Shown here: positions 31,423-43,300 of the stretch, one piece after another
How positions within the stretch are numbered: position 1 is the first letter of the stretch
How the letters are laid out: each line of letters starts with the position of its first letter
Assembly (NCBI RefSeq): GCF_009914755.1
Contig: NC_060927.1
DNA: 64,000 nt
DNA from: the human T2T-CHM13v2.0 reference genome, Homo sapiens
Direction: 5' to 3' (one strand)
Notes under the pieces: generated by a model
What the model was told of the DNA's origin: nothing
What the model saw: the letters and a program-made list of their open reading frames with translations, nothing else
Database searches by the model: none
Program-made: the position numbers and the translations under genes

Positions 31423-31942
31423 ATACATGAGCAAATATTAATAAAATATAAAAGAAAAATGCAATAGATAATTTTGATAACTCAAAAACTGCTTTTGTAA
31501 AAGGCTAATAAAATTGACAAGCTTCTGGCAGGACTGATTTCTTCTTAATAGAGAATTTTTTAAAAGAAAAAGTTTTTACAACTCATCTCATGAGGTTAGT
31601 GAGAGATTGATAGTAAATCCCAATGGAGAGTCTGAGAAAAAAATCTTTGACTGATGCCACTCAAACTCAGATGCAAAACATATCCAAATAATATATTAAT
31701 AACAGTCTTATAGAAATGCACAGAAAATATAATTGCATTATGACCAAGATGAAGTCCAGGAATGTGTGTTTGGTAAGAAAGTAGAGGAGAGAAAAGCCAT
31801 ATGGTCATTTCAGAAAATTCAACAAACTGTAATGGCCAAAAATAAATAAATAAATTGTTAGAAATAAGGAACAGAAGGAACATATTTTACTCCAGAAAAG
31901 GTATCTTCTAGTTATAACAATTAACATCGTACTTGCTAATGA

Positions 31943-33255
31943 GCTTTATTATTCATAACTGGTCTTCCCAAGGGAGATGTATGAACCAGTGATCTTATTG
32001 AGAAACTCAGGATCCCCTTAAGGAATTGTAGTAACCATTGATCTTTTTAAGTTTAATGTAATTTAATTTAATTTTAAGTTCTGGGATATATGTGCAGATT
32101 TGTTACATAGGTAAATATGTGCCGTGGTGGTTTGCTGCACCTAGCAACCCATCACTTAGGTATTCAGCCCTACATGCATTAGCTATTTATCCTGATGCTC
32201 TCCCTCCCCTGCACCCCATAACAGGCCTCAGTGTGTCTTGTTCCCCTCCCTGTGTTCATGTGTTCTCATTGTTCAGCTCCGACTTATAAGTGAGAACATG
32301 CGGTGTTTGGTTTTCTGTTCCATTGTTAGTTTGCTGAGGATAACGGCTTCCAGCTCCATCCATGTCCCTGCAAAGGACAGGATCTTGTTCTTTTTTATGG
32401 CCACGTAGTATTCCATGGTGTATATGTACAACATTTTCTTTATCCAGTCTATAATTGATGGGCATTTGGGTTGACACCACGTCTTTGCTATTGTGAATAG
32501 TGCTGCAGTGAACATATGCACGCATGTATCTTTATAAAAGAGTGATTTATATTCCTTTGGGTAGATACCCAGTAATGGGATTGCTGGATCAAATGTTATT
32601 TCTGTAACCATTGATCTTATTGAGAAAACCATTTCAGCTGTGTAGAAGAACACTCTGGGATGAGGTCTTTCAGTGGACCTTTTGCTTCACCTGCTGTGTA
32701 GGAAACTATGGCTCTAACCAGATCCCGGTAACATTCAAAAATATCACTGACTTGGTCCAGTGTCTGTGGTTGGTGGCCCTGTCCACAATGGGTATTCACC
32801 TCAGCAAGATACATTAAACCTTACATCTGGAACTCTCTGCACCCAATGGTCATTTGAGGGAACTGATCCTCAGTGTCTCTTCAGATATATACAAGTAGCA
32901 TGCTTGTCAGCTTGTCGGCAGTGGTCATATTCAGCTTCCTAGGGAAGAGCTCTGGACTATTTTCCATGGGACCTAGACTACCTGGATCATGAGGCTCACC
33001 TCCATGCCCACCAAGAGAGCAACTTCTGCCATTGCTATCAGTTGCTCACAGGTGAGAGAAGAATGTTGGTTTATAGTGACAGCTGGACATGAATATTGTT
33101 ATGATAGGAATAAGAATATAGCTTTCACTGTATCTGTAATCAGATTCAGTTTCTTTTTGATGATGAGAGAGAGTACTCTGTTTTTCTATCAATGAAAGAA
33201 GAGGTGAGGGCTGGGCCACCTCACAGGAGTCCTAAGTTTTGCAGTGAGGACTTAA
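31943..33255 (+). pseudogene. Candidate endogenous bornavirus-like nucleoprotein element (EBLN), decayed, interrupted by L1
   Basis: Ordered blocks versus recalled BoDV-1 N: [183 protein letters not shown]. Confidence 0.7.
32046..32603 (-). mobile_element. 5'-truncated L1PA (L1PA7/8-like)
   Basis: 15-bp TSD gtaaccattgatctt at 32031-32045 and 32604-32618; ORF2 C-terminal peptide in ORF 32273-32653. Confidence 0.9.
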
Positions 33256-34967
33256 TAGAGGGAGGAATGAATGACTAGAATGTGGAATGTCTAACACTCA
33301 TCAGCAAAGGATGTTTCAGTGAGTCGCTGTGGCTCCAAATAGATATTCCTCAGTAGATATTCATCAATGGATCTTGCCTGCAGCGATTATTAGTGTAGTG
33401 ATTAGGTGATTTTCTATTTCTTTCTGAATTAAATTTATTTTTATTAAAGCAACCTTATTTTCCAAAAAAAAAAAGGAGAGAAAGTGACTTGATTTTTATT
33501 TCTGACAATAGTCTGAAGTAGGAAACTTGAAAACTCTTTACAAATGCCAGCTAATGTATTACAACCATCCTATTACATGCATAGACATGGCCCAAGAAAA
33601 TTAATTCCCAGATTTCAAAAACAAGGAGAAAAGGAAAAACCAAAGGGCCTGAACTAATCCTGTAGCAGCACTAGGGGAGTTTCATGGTCTCAGTAACTCA
33701 GGGATATTAGTTTTAATGACCTCATAGTGAAATGAAACAAGGTCTTGATCCTGCTTATGATGAGGAATAGAACTGAGACTTCTATATAAAAGCCAGATTT
33801 CCAGAAAGGGTTCACATTCTGTAAAAGGATAGTCTAGAAAACATCAAAACAAAAGCTTAGAGAAAACAAAAGGAAGTTTGCTTGTTCTCGTCTAGCCTCT
33901 CAGTGGGACAAAAAGGTGTCTCATGGGCCTATGCTTACACAATTATAGGTATGAAATTTAAGCTTTCTGCAGGACCTTCCTACATTACAAATATACATAA
34001 AAAACAATTCCAGGATGGTGATATTCTTGGAGCATCTGACAGATGCAAAATAAAAATCAATTTGTAAAGACATACCTTTAATCTAGGCTGTATACGTTTC
34101 CTACAGATAAAATTATTTAAACATGAGCTCACAATAAAAACTCACAAAATATGTGAAAAAGCTTTTTTTGCTTCGTGAGATCAGCAGGCACAATGAAAGG
34201 ATTTGATGGTCAAGAACATCGGATATAAAACTGTAAGATAGAAACGACATGAATATTATTAAAATGATTAAAATGTAAAAAAAAGCAGAAAAAATAATGC
34301 ACTATCTAAAAAGAATCAAATATCAACTAACAACAGAGCTCCAAATACGTGAAGCAAAAACTGACAGAACTGAAAAGACAAACAAACATTTCAAGAATAG
34401 TAGTTGGAGACTTCAATGACAGGCTTTCAATAATGGATTGAACAAGTAGGCAGAAGATCAACAAATAAATAGAAGATTTGAAAAATGCTATACATCAACT
34501 AGACCTAACAAACAATAGAACATTCCACCCAGTAAGAGCAGAATAGACATTCTTCTCAAGTACACATGGAGCACCCATGGGTTAGACCATAAAACAAGTT
34601 TTGATAAATTTAAAAGAACTGAAACCATGCAAAGTGTGTTCTTCATAATACAATGAAATTAAAAAAATAATTACATAAAGAAATTTGTTTTAAACACAAA
34701 TATGTGGAAATCAAACAACACAGTCCTAAATAACCAAGAAGTGAGTGAAGAAATCACAAGGGAAATTATAAAATATCTTGAGATGAATTAAAGCAAATAA
34801 AAAGACCATACCAAAACTTTGAAGATTCTGCTAAAGTAATGTACATAAGGAAATTTATAATTGTAAATGCCTATATTAAAAAAGATGGAAGATATGAAAT
34901 CAATAACCTAAATTCCACTATAAGAAACCACAAGAGGAGAAGTAAATTAAACACAAAGCAAACAGAG

Positions 34968-35371
34968 TGTGTCAGCCCATTCTTGCATTTCCATAAAGGA
35001 ATGCCCAGGCTGGATAATTTATAAAGAAAAGAGTTTTAATTGGCTCATAGTTCTGCAGGCTGTACAAACAGCCAACAATATCTGCTCAGCTTCTGGTTAG
35101 AGCCTCAGAAAACTTACAATCATAGCAGAAGGTGAAGATGAGCAGGTGCATCACATGGCAAGAGTGGTAGCAAGAAAGGCAGGGAAGGTGTCATACATTT
35201 TTAAACAACCAGATCTCGTGTGAACTCACTCATCACTAAGGGGATGACACTAAGCCATTTATGAAGAATCTGCACCCATGCTCCAAACACCTTCCACCAG
35301 TCCACACTCCCAAACAGTGGGATTACATTTCAACATGAGACTTGAAGGGGACAAATATCCAAACCATATCA
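34968..35371 (-). mobile_element. MST-family MaLR solo LTR
   Basis: tgtgtcagccc...gtaatttataaagaaaagag-like core...ggggacaaatatccaaaccatatca. Confidence 0.85.
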
Positions 35372-36880
35372 TTAGGAAAGAATTTAGAGTAGAAATTAAT
35401 AAAATCAAGAATAGAAAAAATAGAGAAAATCAATGAAACCAAAAGTTAGTTCTTAGAAACAATCAACAATATTGACAAACCTTTAGCTAGACCAAGCTAG
35501 ACCAAGAAAAATGAGAATAGACTCAATTACTCAAATCAAGAATGAAACAGAGGAAATGACAACCAACCATATAGAAATAAAAAAATTACATGATATTGCT
35601 AAGAACAACTCTATTCTAACATATTAGATAACTTAGATGAAATTGACAAATTACTAAAAAGGCATAAACTACTAAAACTGACGTAATAAGAAATAGATAA
35701 TCTGAATAGACCTATAACAAGTGAAAAGAATGAATTAATAATTTAAAAGCCAGCCACAAGGAAAGCCCAGGCCCAGATGGCTTCAAAGATAAATTTAACC
35801 AAACACTTAATGAAAAATTAGTACCAATTCTTCACAAATGCTTCCGGAAAACAAAAGAATAGGGCACAATTCTCAGCTCATTCTACGAGACCAACACTAC
35901 CCTGATACCAAAACCAGACAAATAAATCACATAAAGAAAACTACAGACCAATATCCTTTAGAAATATACAAGCAAGAAACCCTCAGCAAGCTGAATCTAG
36001 CCATATATACAAAGGATTACACACCATAAGCAAGTGGAAATTATCCTAGGAATGCAAGATTGGGTCAACTTATGAAAATCAATCAATATAAAATATCACA
36101 TTAATAGAATAAAGAAAAAACACATCACCAACAAGCACATAAAAAGATGCTTCACATTATTAGTCATCAAGAAAATGCAAATCAAAACTACAATGAGACA
36201 CAACTTCATATCCATTAAAATGGCTAGAATAAAAAAAGTCACATACTAATAACTGTTGGGGAGGATACATACAAATCAAAACCTTTAGGCATTTTAAGTG
36301 GGAATGCAAAATGGCGCAGCACTTGAGAAAACAGTTTGGCAGTTTTGCAAATTGTCAAACACAGACTTGCCATATGATTCAGCAATTTCAATCCTAGGTA
36401 TTTGCCCAAGGGAAATGAAAACATATGCCCACACAAAAGTGTGTCTACAATGTTAATAGTGTTATTCATATTAACTGTAAGGTGAAGCAACCCACATGTT
36501 TAGCAACTGATAAATGGATACACATCATGTGACATATTCATGTAATGATGTAGTATTTAGCAATTAAAAAGAACAACTTGATGATGCATGCGCTTTGGAT
36601 GAACCTTGAAAACATTATGCTAACTGAAGAAGTCAGATAGAAAAACCACATACTGTCTGATTCCATTTATACTAAAATATCAGAATAGGCAAATCTATAG
36701 AGACAGAAAGTAAATTAGTGGTTGCCTAGGATTTAGGAAGGGAGCAAAATGGAGAGTGACTGCTAATAGGTGGAGCATTTTGTTTTTTTAGTTTGTGGTG
36801 GTAATTGCACAACTGTGTGAGTATACTACAATCCACTGGATTGTATACCTTAAATGGGTTGATTTTATGGTATGTGAATT

Positions 36881-37294
36881 TGATATGGTTTGGATCTGTG
36901 TCCCCACCAAATCTCATGTTGAGTTGTAATCCCCAACATTGGAGGTGGGGCCTGGTACGCGGTGATGGGATCATAGGGGTGGATTTCTCATGAATGGATT
37001 AACACCATCCCCCTTGATACTCTCCTCATGATACTGAGTTCCCTTGAGATCTGGTCGCTTAAAAGTGTGTGACACCTCCCCCCTCACTCTGTCTTGCACC
37101 TGCTCCCACCATATGAGACACCTACTTCTTCTTCACCTTCTGCCATGATTGTAAGTTTCCTGAGACCTCCCCAGAAGCCAAGCAGATGCCAGCATCATGT
37201 CTCCTGTACAACCTGTGGAGCTATGAGCCAATTAAATTATAAATTATCCAGTCACAGCTATTTCTTTACAGCAATGCAAGAACAGGGTAATACA
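36881..37294 (+). mobile_element. MSTA-like solo LTR
   Basis: tgatatggtttgg...taataca with perfect 5-bp TSD gaatt (36876-36880, 37295-37299). Confidence 0.9.
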
Positions 37295-37365
37295 GAATTA
37301 TATCTAAATAATTATGTTTTTAAAAACAACCAACTATAATGAGGCACTGAAAAATAAAGAAATGG

Positions 37366-38064
37366 TGCTACAGGCTGAATTGTGCCCTCTGTCCAAAGTC
37401 ATATGTGGAAGTCCTAACACTAGTTCCACAGAATGTGTCTGTATTTGAAGGTGGGGTCTTTAAAAAGTCAATTAAAGTAAAATTAGGTCATATGGGTGGG
37501 CACTAATCCAATATGACTGGTGTCCTTAGAAGAAGAGAAGATTATTTTGAGTTACAACCATCATTCTCAGCAAACTATCGCAAGAACAAAAAACTGAACA
37601 CCGCATGTTCTCACTCATAGGTGGGAATTGAACGATGAGAACACTTGGACACAGGAAGGGGAACATCACACACTGGGGCCTGTTGTGGGGTTGGGGAAGG
37701 GGGGAGGGATAGCATTAGGAGATATACCTAATGTAAATGACGAGTTAATGGGTGCGGCACATCAACATGGCACATGTATACATATGTAACAAACCCGCAC
37801 GTTGTGCACATGTACCCTAGAACTTAAAGTATCGTTAAAAAAAAAAAAAGATTAAGACACAGACAACACACAGACTGAGAGGTAACCACGTGAGGACACA
37901 GCAAGAAGATAGCCATTTGCAAGCCATGGAAAGAAGCCACAGAAGAAGCCAAACCTGCCAATGCCTTGATCTTGAACTTCTAGTCTCCAGAACTGTAAGA
38001 AAATAAAATCCTGTTGTTTAAGCTACACCATCTGTGGTTTTGTTAACCCTAGCAAATTACTGCA
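37366..38064 (+). mobile_element. MLT1B-like solo LTR interrupted by an L1PA 3' end
   Basis: 'aatccaatatgactggtgtcctt', 'ccttgatcttgaacttctagtctccagaactgtaagaaaataaa'; TSD aatgg/gatgg. Confidence 0.85.
37545..37847 (+). mobile_element. Short 5'-truncated L1PA (3'UTR and poly A)
   Basis: L1PA 3' end '...catgtaccctagaacttaaagtat'; TSD aagatta at 37538-37544 and 37848-37854. Confidence 0.9.
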
Positions 38065-38970
38065 GATGGAAAACATGAAAGAGAAATAGGAATATGGGGA
38101 ATAGACCAAAGGGTCTAACATACTTCTGAAAAGAGCTCCAGAAGAAGAAAATAGAAAGAGTAGAGAACAAGCAATACATGGATACAAAGAAATATCTGAA
38201 TTGATCAAAGTAATAAACATTCAGATACAGAAACTGGACAAAGACATTCCAAAAAAGAGAAAATAAAAACTACAGATCAATATCTCTTATGTCAGTAAAT
38301 GAAAAAAGGCATTTGGCAAAATTTGATATCCATTCCTGCTAAAAGTTCTCACCAAACTAGAAATATATAACTTCTTTAACCTGATAAAAGACAGCTATAA
38401 AAAGCATAAAGTTAACATCAGACTTAATGTTACATAAAGACTGAATGCTTTCTCTCTAACTTGGGAAAAAAGCAAAGATATACTGTCTCACCACCTCTAC
38501 TTAACATTGTACAAAAAGTCCTACCCAGTGCAATGAGTTAAGAAAAAAATAAAATATATACCGGCTGGAAAAGAGGAAATAAAACAATTCCCATTTATAG
38601 GTTACTTCACTGGCTATCTAGAAAATTCCATAAATTTTGGATATTTGAATTTTGGAATAAATCTAAACAAAATGTGTAAGGCTTAACTGTGCCTATGTCA
38701 TAAACCTAAAAATTTAAAAATAATGGCACATACAACAGAAGTTGAGAACTGAAGGGAAGAAGAGATGGAAAAAAAAGAAGGGCTATTAATTGCCTTGTTA
38801 TATAGTCAAGAGTCAAGATGTTGTCTAAATAGAGAAATCAAGTAATAAAGATAGAGTTATATTGTTTAGAGAGGTATTATTCTCTGACACTTTTAAAAGT
38901 AGCAGATAGAACTAAACTTAGGACAAACAAAAAATGTAAATTGGAAGGGGATAAAAAGCAAGCAAAATTT

Positions 38971-40278
38971 CACATTACTGCTGGAGCGCCAGATAATCCA
39001 GGCCACAGGGGAGTTCCTTGACCCTACTAAGCCCTGAATCTGACTTGGGGAGCAGTTAGGAGACTGTGAGAAGGAACGGTAGTGGGAAGTGCTCCATGTA
39101 TGAAGGAGGTCATTCCTGATCCTAACTCATAGTGGGATGTTGGGGAACCTGCAGCCAGCACAGGAGGCAGTCACTGGTTTGGAGATCCGATTTGCACTCT
39201 TGTTCCCAGAGGAGGAAGAGCCTTCATGGCCAGAATTGAGAAGCAAGTGTGATTTGGGCTCCAGCTGCTGGTGTAGGAGTTGGGTGCCACCCTTTTGCAG
39301 GACCAGACCAGGAGGAATTTGGCCTAGGAGCCATGGTTTGTCCTGGACAGGGAGTTTTGTGGCCTAGGGAGTTTCTCGGTCTGAAGACAAACTGCTTGTG
39401 ACTTGGCTGGCTGCTCAAGCTTGCTGCCAGTGACAGGCCACAGGAGGGATACTCACCAGGTCAGGAGCATGAGAGTGAGGTGGATCCCACTACTACCTAC
39501 TAGGCCATGGAGCCCAAGCCACCCAGCTTTCCCAGTGATAGCCATTTAGCATAGCAGCAATTGCTCTTCTTCTCCCTGGAGCATTGTTCCAGAAGCCTGA
39601 GAACTGCCTTCTGACCTCCACTGGGACTTGCACTTGTGCCCACTGATGGGGGGCCCACATGTAGGCTTTTCTGCCCCAGACCTCCCCAGCATTGCCTATA
39701 CTCCCACCCCTGCCTGAGAGGCAGAGTATTGGACCAGGACTGCTGGGAGTTCCACAGCCCAGCACATTGCCTGGGACACTTGAGCACTTCTGGTTAAAAA
39801 AGGTCAAGCATAAACCCTACTACAATCTCCACAGCTGGCTCTCACCTGCAAGTGCTACCTACTAGCTGAAAGTTCAACCTGCACAGTTCATCTGCTGACA
39901 CTACTGCACAGCACTCAAGAAAGAGACAAGCTTTGTGATACCTCTGTTCCATCATTGCCCACATCACTCTCACTTCTAAGGGGTCTTTGAGCCTGCTCAC
40001 CCACCTGATACATTGCTACTACAATTGGAATTTGAGAAGGCTACCACATTAACGTTATTTATAGCCAAGGAAATCATACAGTGTCTACACCACTGAATGT
40101 ACCCAGAAGCAAAGCCAAACAACCCTACTCAACATACATCATAGACACATCCTCAATAAAATGTCCCACCCCAAAGAAATTAAATTAATAAACAAGAAAT
40201 GAATGTTAGCCCAGATGTGAAGAAATCAGTGTAATAATACTGGAAGTATGAAAAAAAAAACATGCTATCACACTCAAA

Positions 40279-40309
<31 letters not shown>

Positions 40310-43300
40310 GTAGTTTTCTAGCAAGTAATCCTAACCAAAAAGAAATCTTGGAAATTCCAGAATAAAAAAAAATGCGAAATACTGATTTTAAAAAAGTTCA
40401 GTGAGATACAAGAGAAACCTGATAACCAATACAAATAAATCAGAGCAACTATTCAGCATAAGAATGAGAAATTTATCAATGAGATAGATATGTTTGTAAA
40501 ACAAAACAAACAAACAGAACTTCTGGAAATAAAAAAAGGAGTTACAAAATACAATTCAAAGCTTCAACAATAGGCTATACCAAGCAGAAGAAAGAATCTC
40601 AGAACTTGGAAGATAGGTCTTTGAATTAATTCAGTCAGATGAAAATAAAGAAAAAAAGATTGAAACAGAATGAACAAAGCCTTTGAGAAGTATGGGATTA
40701 CATAAAATGACAAAACTTATGACCCACAGGTATTCCTGAGGGAGAAGAAAAAGCAAAATATTTGTAAAACCTACTAAAGGAAATAATTGAGGAGAACAAC
40801 CCTAGTCTAGCAACAGATATAGACATCCAGAAAGAAGTTCAGCAAACACAAGGAAAATACACTGCAAGAAGGATCTCACCATGACTTATAGTCATCAGAC
40901 TCTCCAAAATCAACATTAAGAAAAAAAAAAAAAAAACAATAAAATCAGCAAGAGAAAAGCATCTAGTCACCTATAAAGGAAACTCCATCAGATTAACAGT
41001 AGACTTCTTGGGAGAAATTTTACAAGCCAGAAGATATTGGAATTCTATTTTCAAAATGTTTAAATTAAACAAAAAACTGTCAATTACAAATTTTATATCC
41101 TTCTAGAATAAGCTTTATAAAGGAAGGAAATATAGCCTTTCCCAGATGAGCAAACACTGAGGAAACTGGGCACCTTCAGACTTGACTTACAAGAAATACT
41201 CAAAGCAGTTCTAAACATAGAAACAAATAGTTGATACTCACCATCATAAAAACACTCAAAAGTATAAAACTCAGAGATCTTATAAAGCAACCATGGAAAG
41301 GAAGAAGAGAAAAATATCAAATGGCAATATGACAGAATGTCACCAAACCGTAAAGACAAACAGATAAAGAAAAAAAAGCAAAGAATATGCAAGGAAACTA
41401 GAGTAGCTATATTTATATAAAACGAAACAGACTTTTAATCAATGACAGTAAAAAACAAAGACAAAGAAAGCCATTAGGTAATAATAACGGGGTCAATTCA
41501 ACAAAAATACATAACAATCTCTACATATAAGCATCAAACACCAGAGCACTTAGATTCATAAAACGAATATTACTAGATCTAAAGAAAGAATAGACAGCAA
41601 TACAATAATAGTAGAGGACTTCAATACCATCTTACTTACAGCACTAAACAGATCATCAAGACAGAAAATCAACAAAGAAACACTGAACATAAATTGGCCT
41701 TTAGACCAAGTGGACCTAACAGGCATTTACAGAACATTCTACCCAACAACTGCAGAATATATATTCTTCTCATCAGCACATGGCACATTCTCCAATATAG
41801 ACCATATGTTAGGCCACAAAACAAGTCTCAATAATTTTTTAAAATGAAAATTAAATGAATTATCTTCTCAGACTATAGCAGGATAAAACTAGAAATAAAT
41901 TCCAGGAGGAACTCTTGAAACTATACAAATACACGGAAATTAAACAACATACTCCTGAGCAATCTTTGGGTCAACAATGAAATTAAGACCAAAATTTAAA
42001 ATTTTTTTGAAATGAATGAAAATGGAAACACAACATACAAAAACCTCTGGGATACAGCAAAAGCAGTGCTAAAATGGAAGTTTATAATATTAAATGCCTA
42101 CATCAAAAGTCTAGAAAGACCACAATTAACAACCTGATGTTGCACCTCAAGAACTAGAAAAACAAAAATAAACCAAGCACAAAGCTAGCAGAAGAAAAGA
42201 AAAACAAAGATCAGAGAAGAACTAAACAAAATTGAGAACAAAAGAACAATACAAAGAATCAACAAAATGAAAATTTTATTCTTTGAGAAGATAAACAAAA
42301 TTGAGAGATCACTAGCTGAACTAACCAAGAAAAGAAGAGAGATGATGCAAACAAACATATTCAGAAGTGAAATAGGAGACATTACTGCTGATACGACAGA
42401 AATACAAAAGATCATCGAAGACTAATATAAATAACTATAAGCTCAGAAACTAGAACACCTAGAAGAAATGGATACATTCCTGGAAATATACAACCTTTCA
42501 AGATTGAACCAGGAAGAAAGAGAAATGCTGAACTGACCAATAACAAGTAGTGAGATTCAATCAGTAATAAAAAATCTCCTAATAAAAAAGCCCTGGACCA
42601 AATGAACTCACAGGTGACTTCTACCAAATGTACAAAGAAGAGCTAGTACCAATCCTTCTGAAGCTCTTCCAAAAAACAGAGCAGAAGGGAAACCCTTTAA
42701 CACATTCTACAAATCCTGTATTACCTTGATAACAAAGTCAGACAAGGACACAAGAAAAGAAAACTGCAGACCAATATACCTGATGAATTTAGATGCAAAA
42801 ATTATTAACAAAATACTAGCAAACCCAATCAAACAGCACATCAATTAAAAAAAAAACACAATCAAGTGGGTTTTATTCCAGGAGTATGAGGATGATTCAA
42901 CATATACAAATCAATAAATGTGACTCACCACATAAACGGAATTAAAAACAAAACCATATAATTATCTCAACAGGTGCAGAACAAAAGAATTCAATAAAAT
43001 TCAGCATCCCTTCATAATTTTAAAAAACAACCTTTAATAACCTAGGCATAGAAGGAACATACCTCAAAATAATAAAATCCATATATGACAAACCCACAGC
43101 CAACATCATACTAAACAGGAAAAAGTTGATAGCATTCACCCTAGGAACTGGAACAAGACAGGATGCCCATGTTCACCCCTACTATTCAACATAATACTGG
43201 AAGTCCTAGCCAGAGCAATCAGGCAAGGAATAGAAATTTAAAAAGAGAAAGTTAAATTATCTCTGTTCATTGGTGTTATAATCTTATGCCTAGAAGACCC

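Larger units (their letters stand above)
34320..37320 (+). mobile_element. L1MB-like element, internally deleted near 36125, carrying two MaLR LTR insertions
   Basis: EN motif 'gttggagacttcaat', 'ccaggcccagatggcttc', then a jump to 3' sequence 'caacaagcacataaaaagatgc'; L1MB-type 3'UTR. Confidence 0.75.

Noticed and set aside
32930-33100. Similarity to bornavirus M (QLPRE), L (LWTI, EECW) or G (VGSG, GHE)
   Set aside because: Isolated short words with wrong spacing; only the N comparison is collinear.
31785-33484. aggagagaaa as TSD of the EBLN candidate
   Set aside because: The left copy lies inside continuing L1 ORF2-like sequence ~150 bp before the N-like region and is low complexity.
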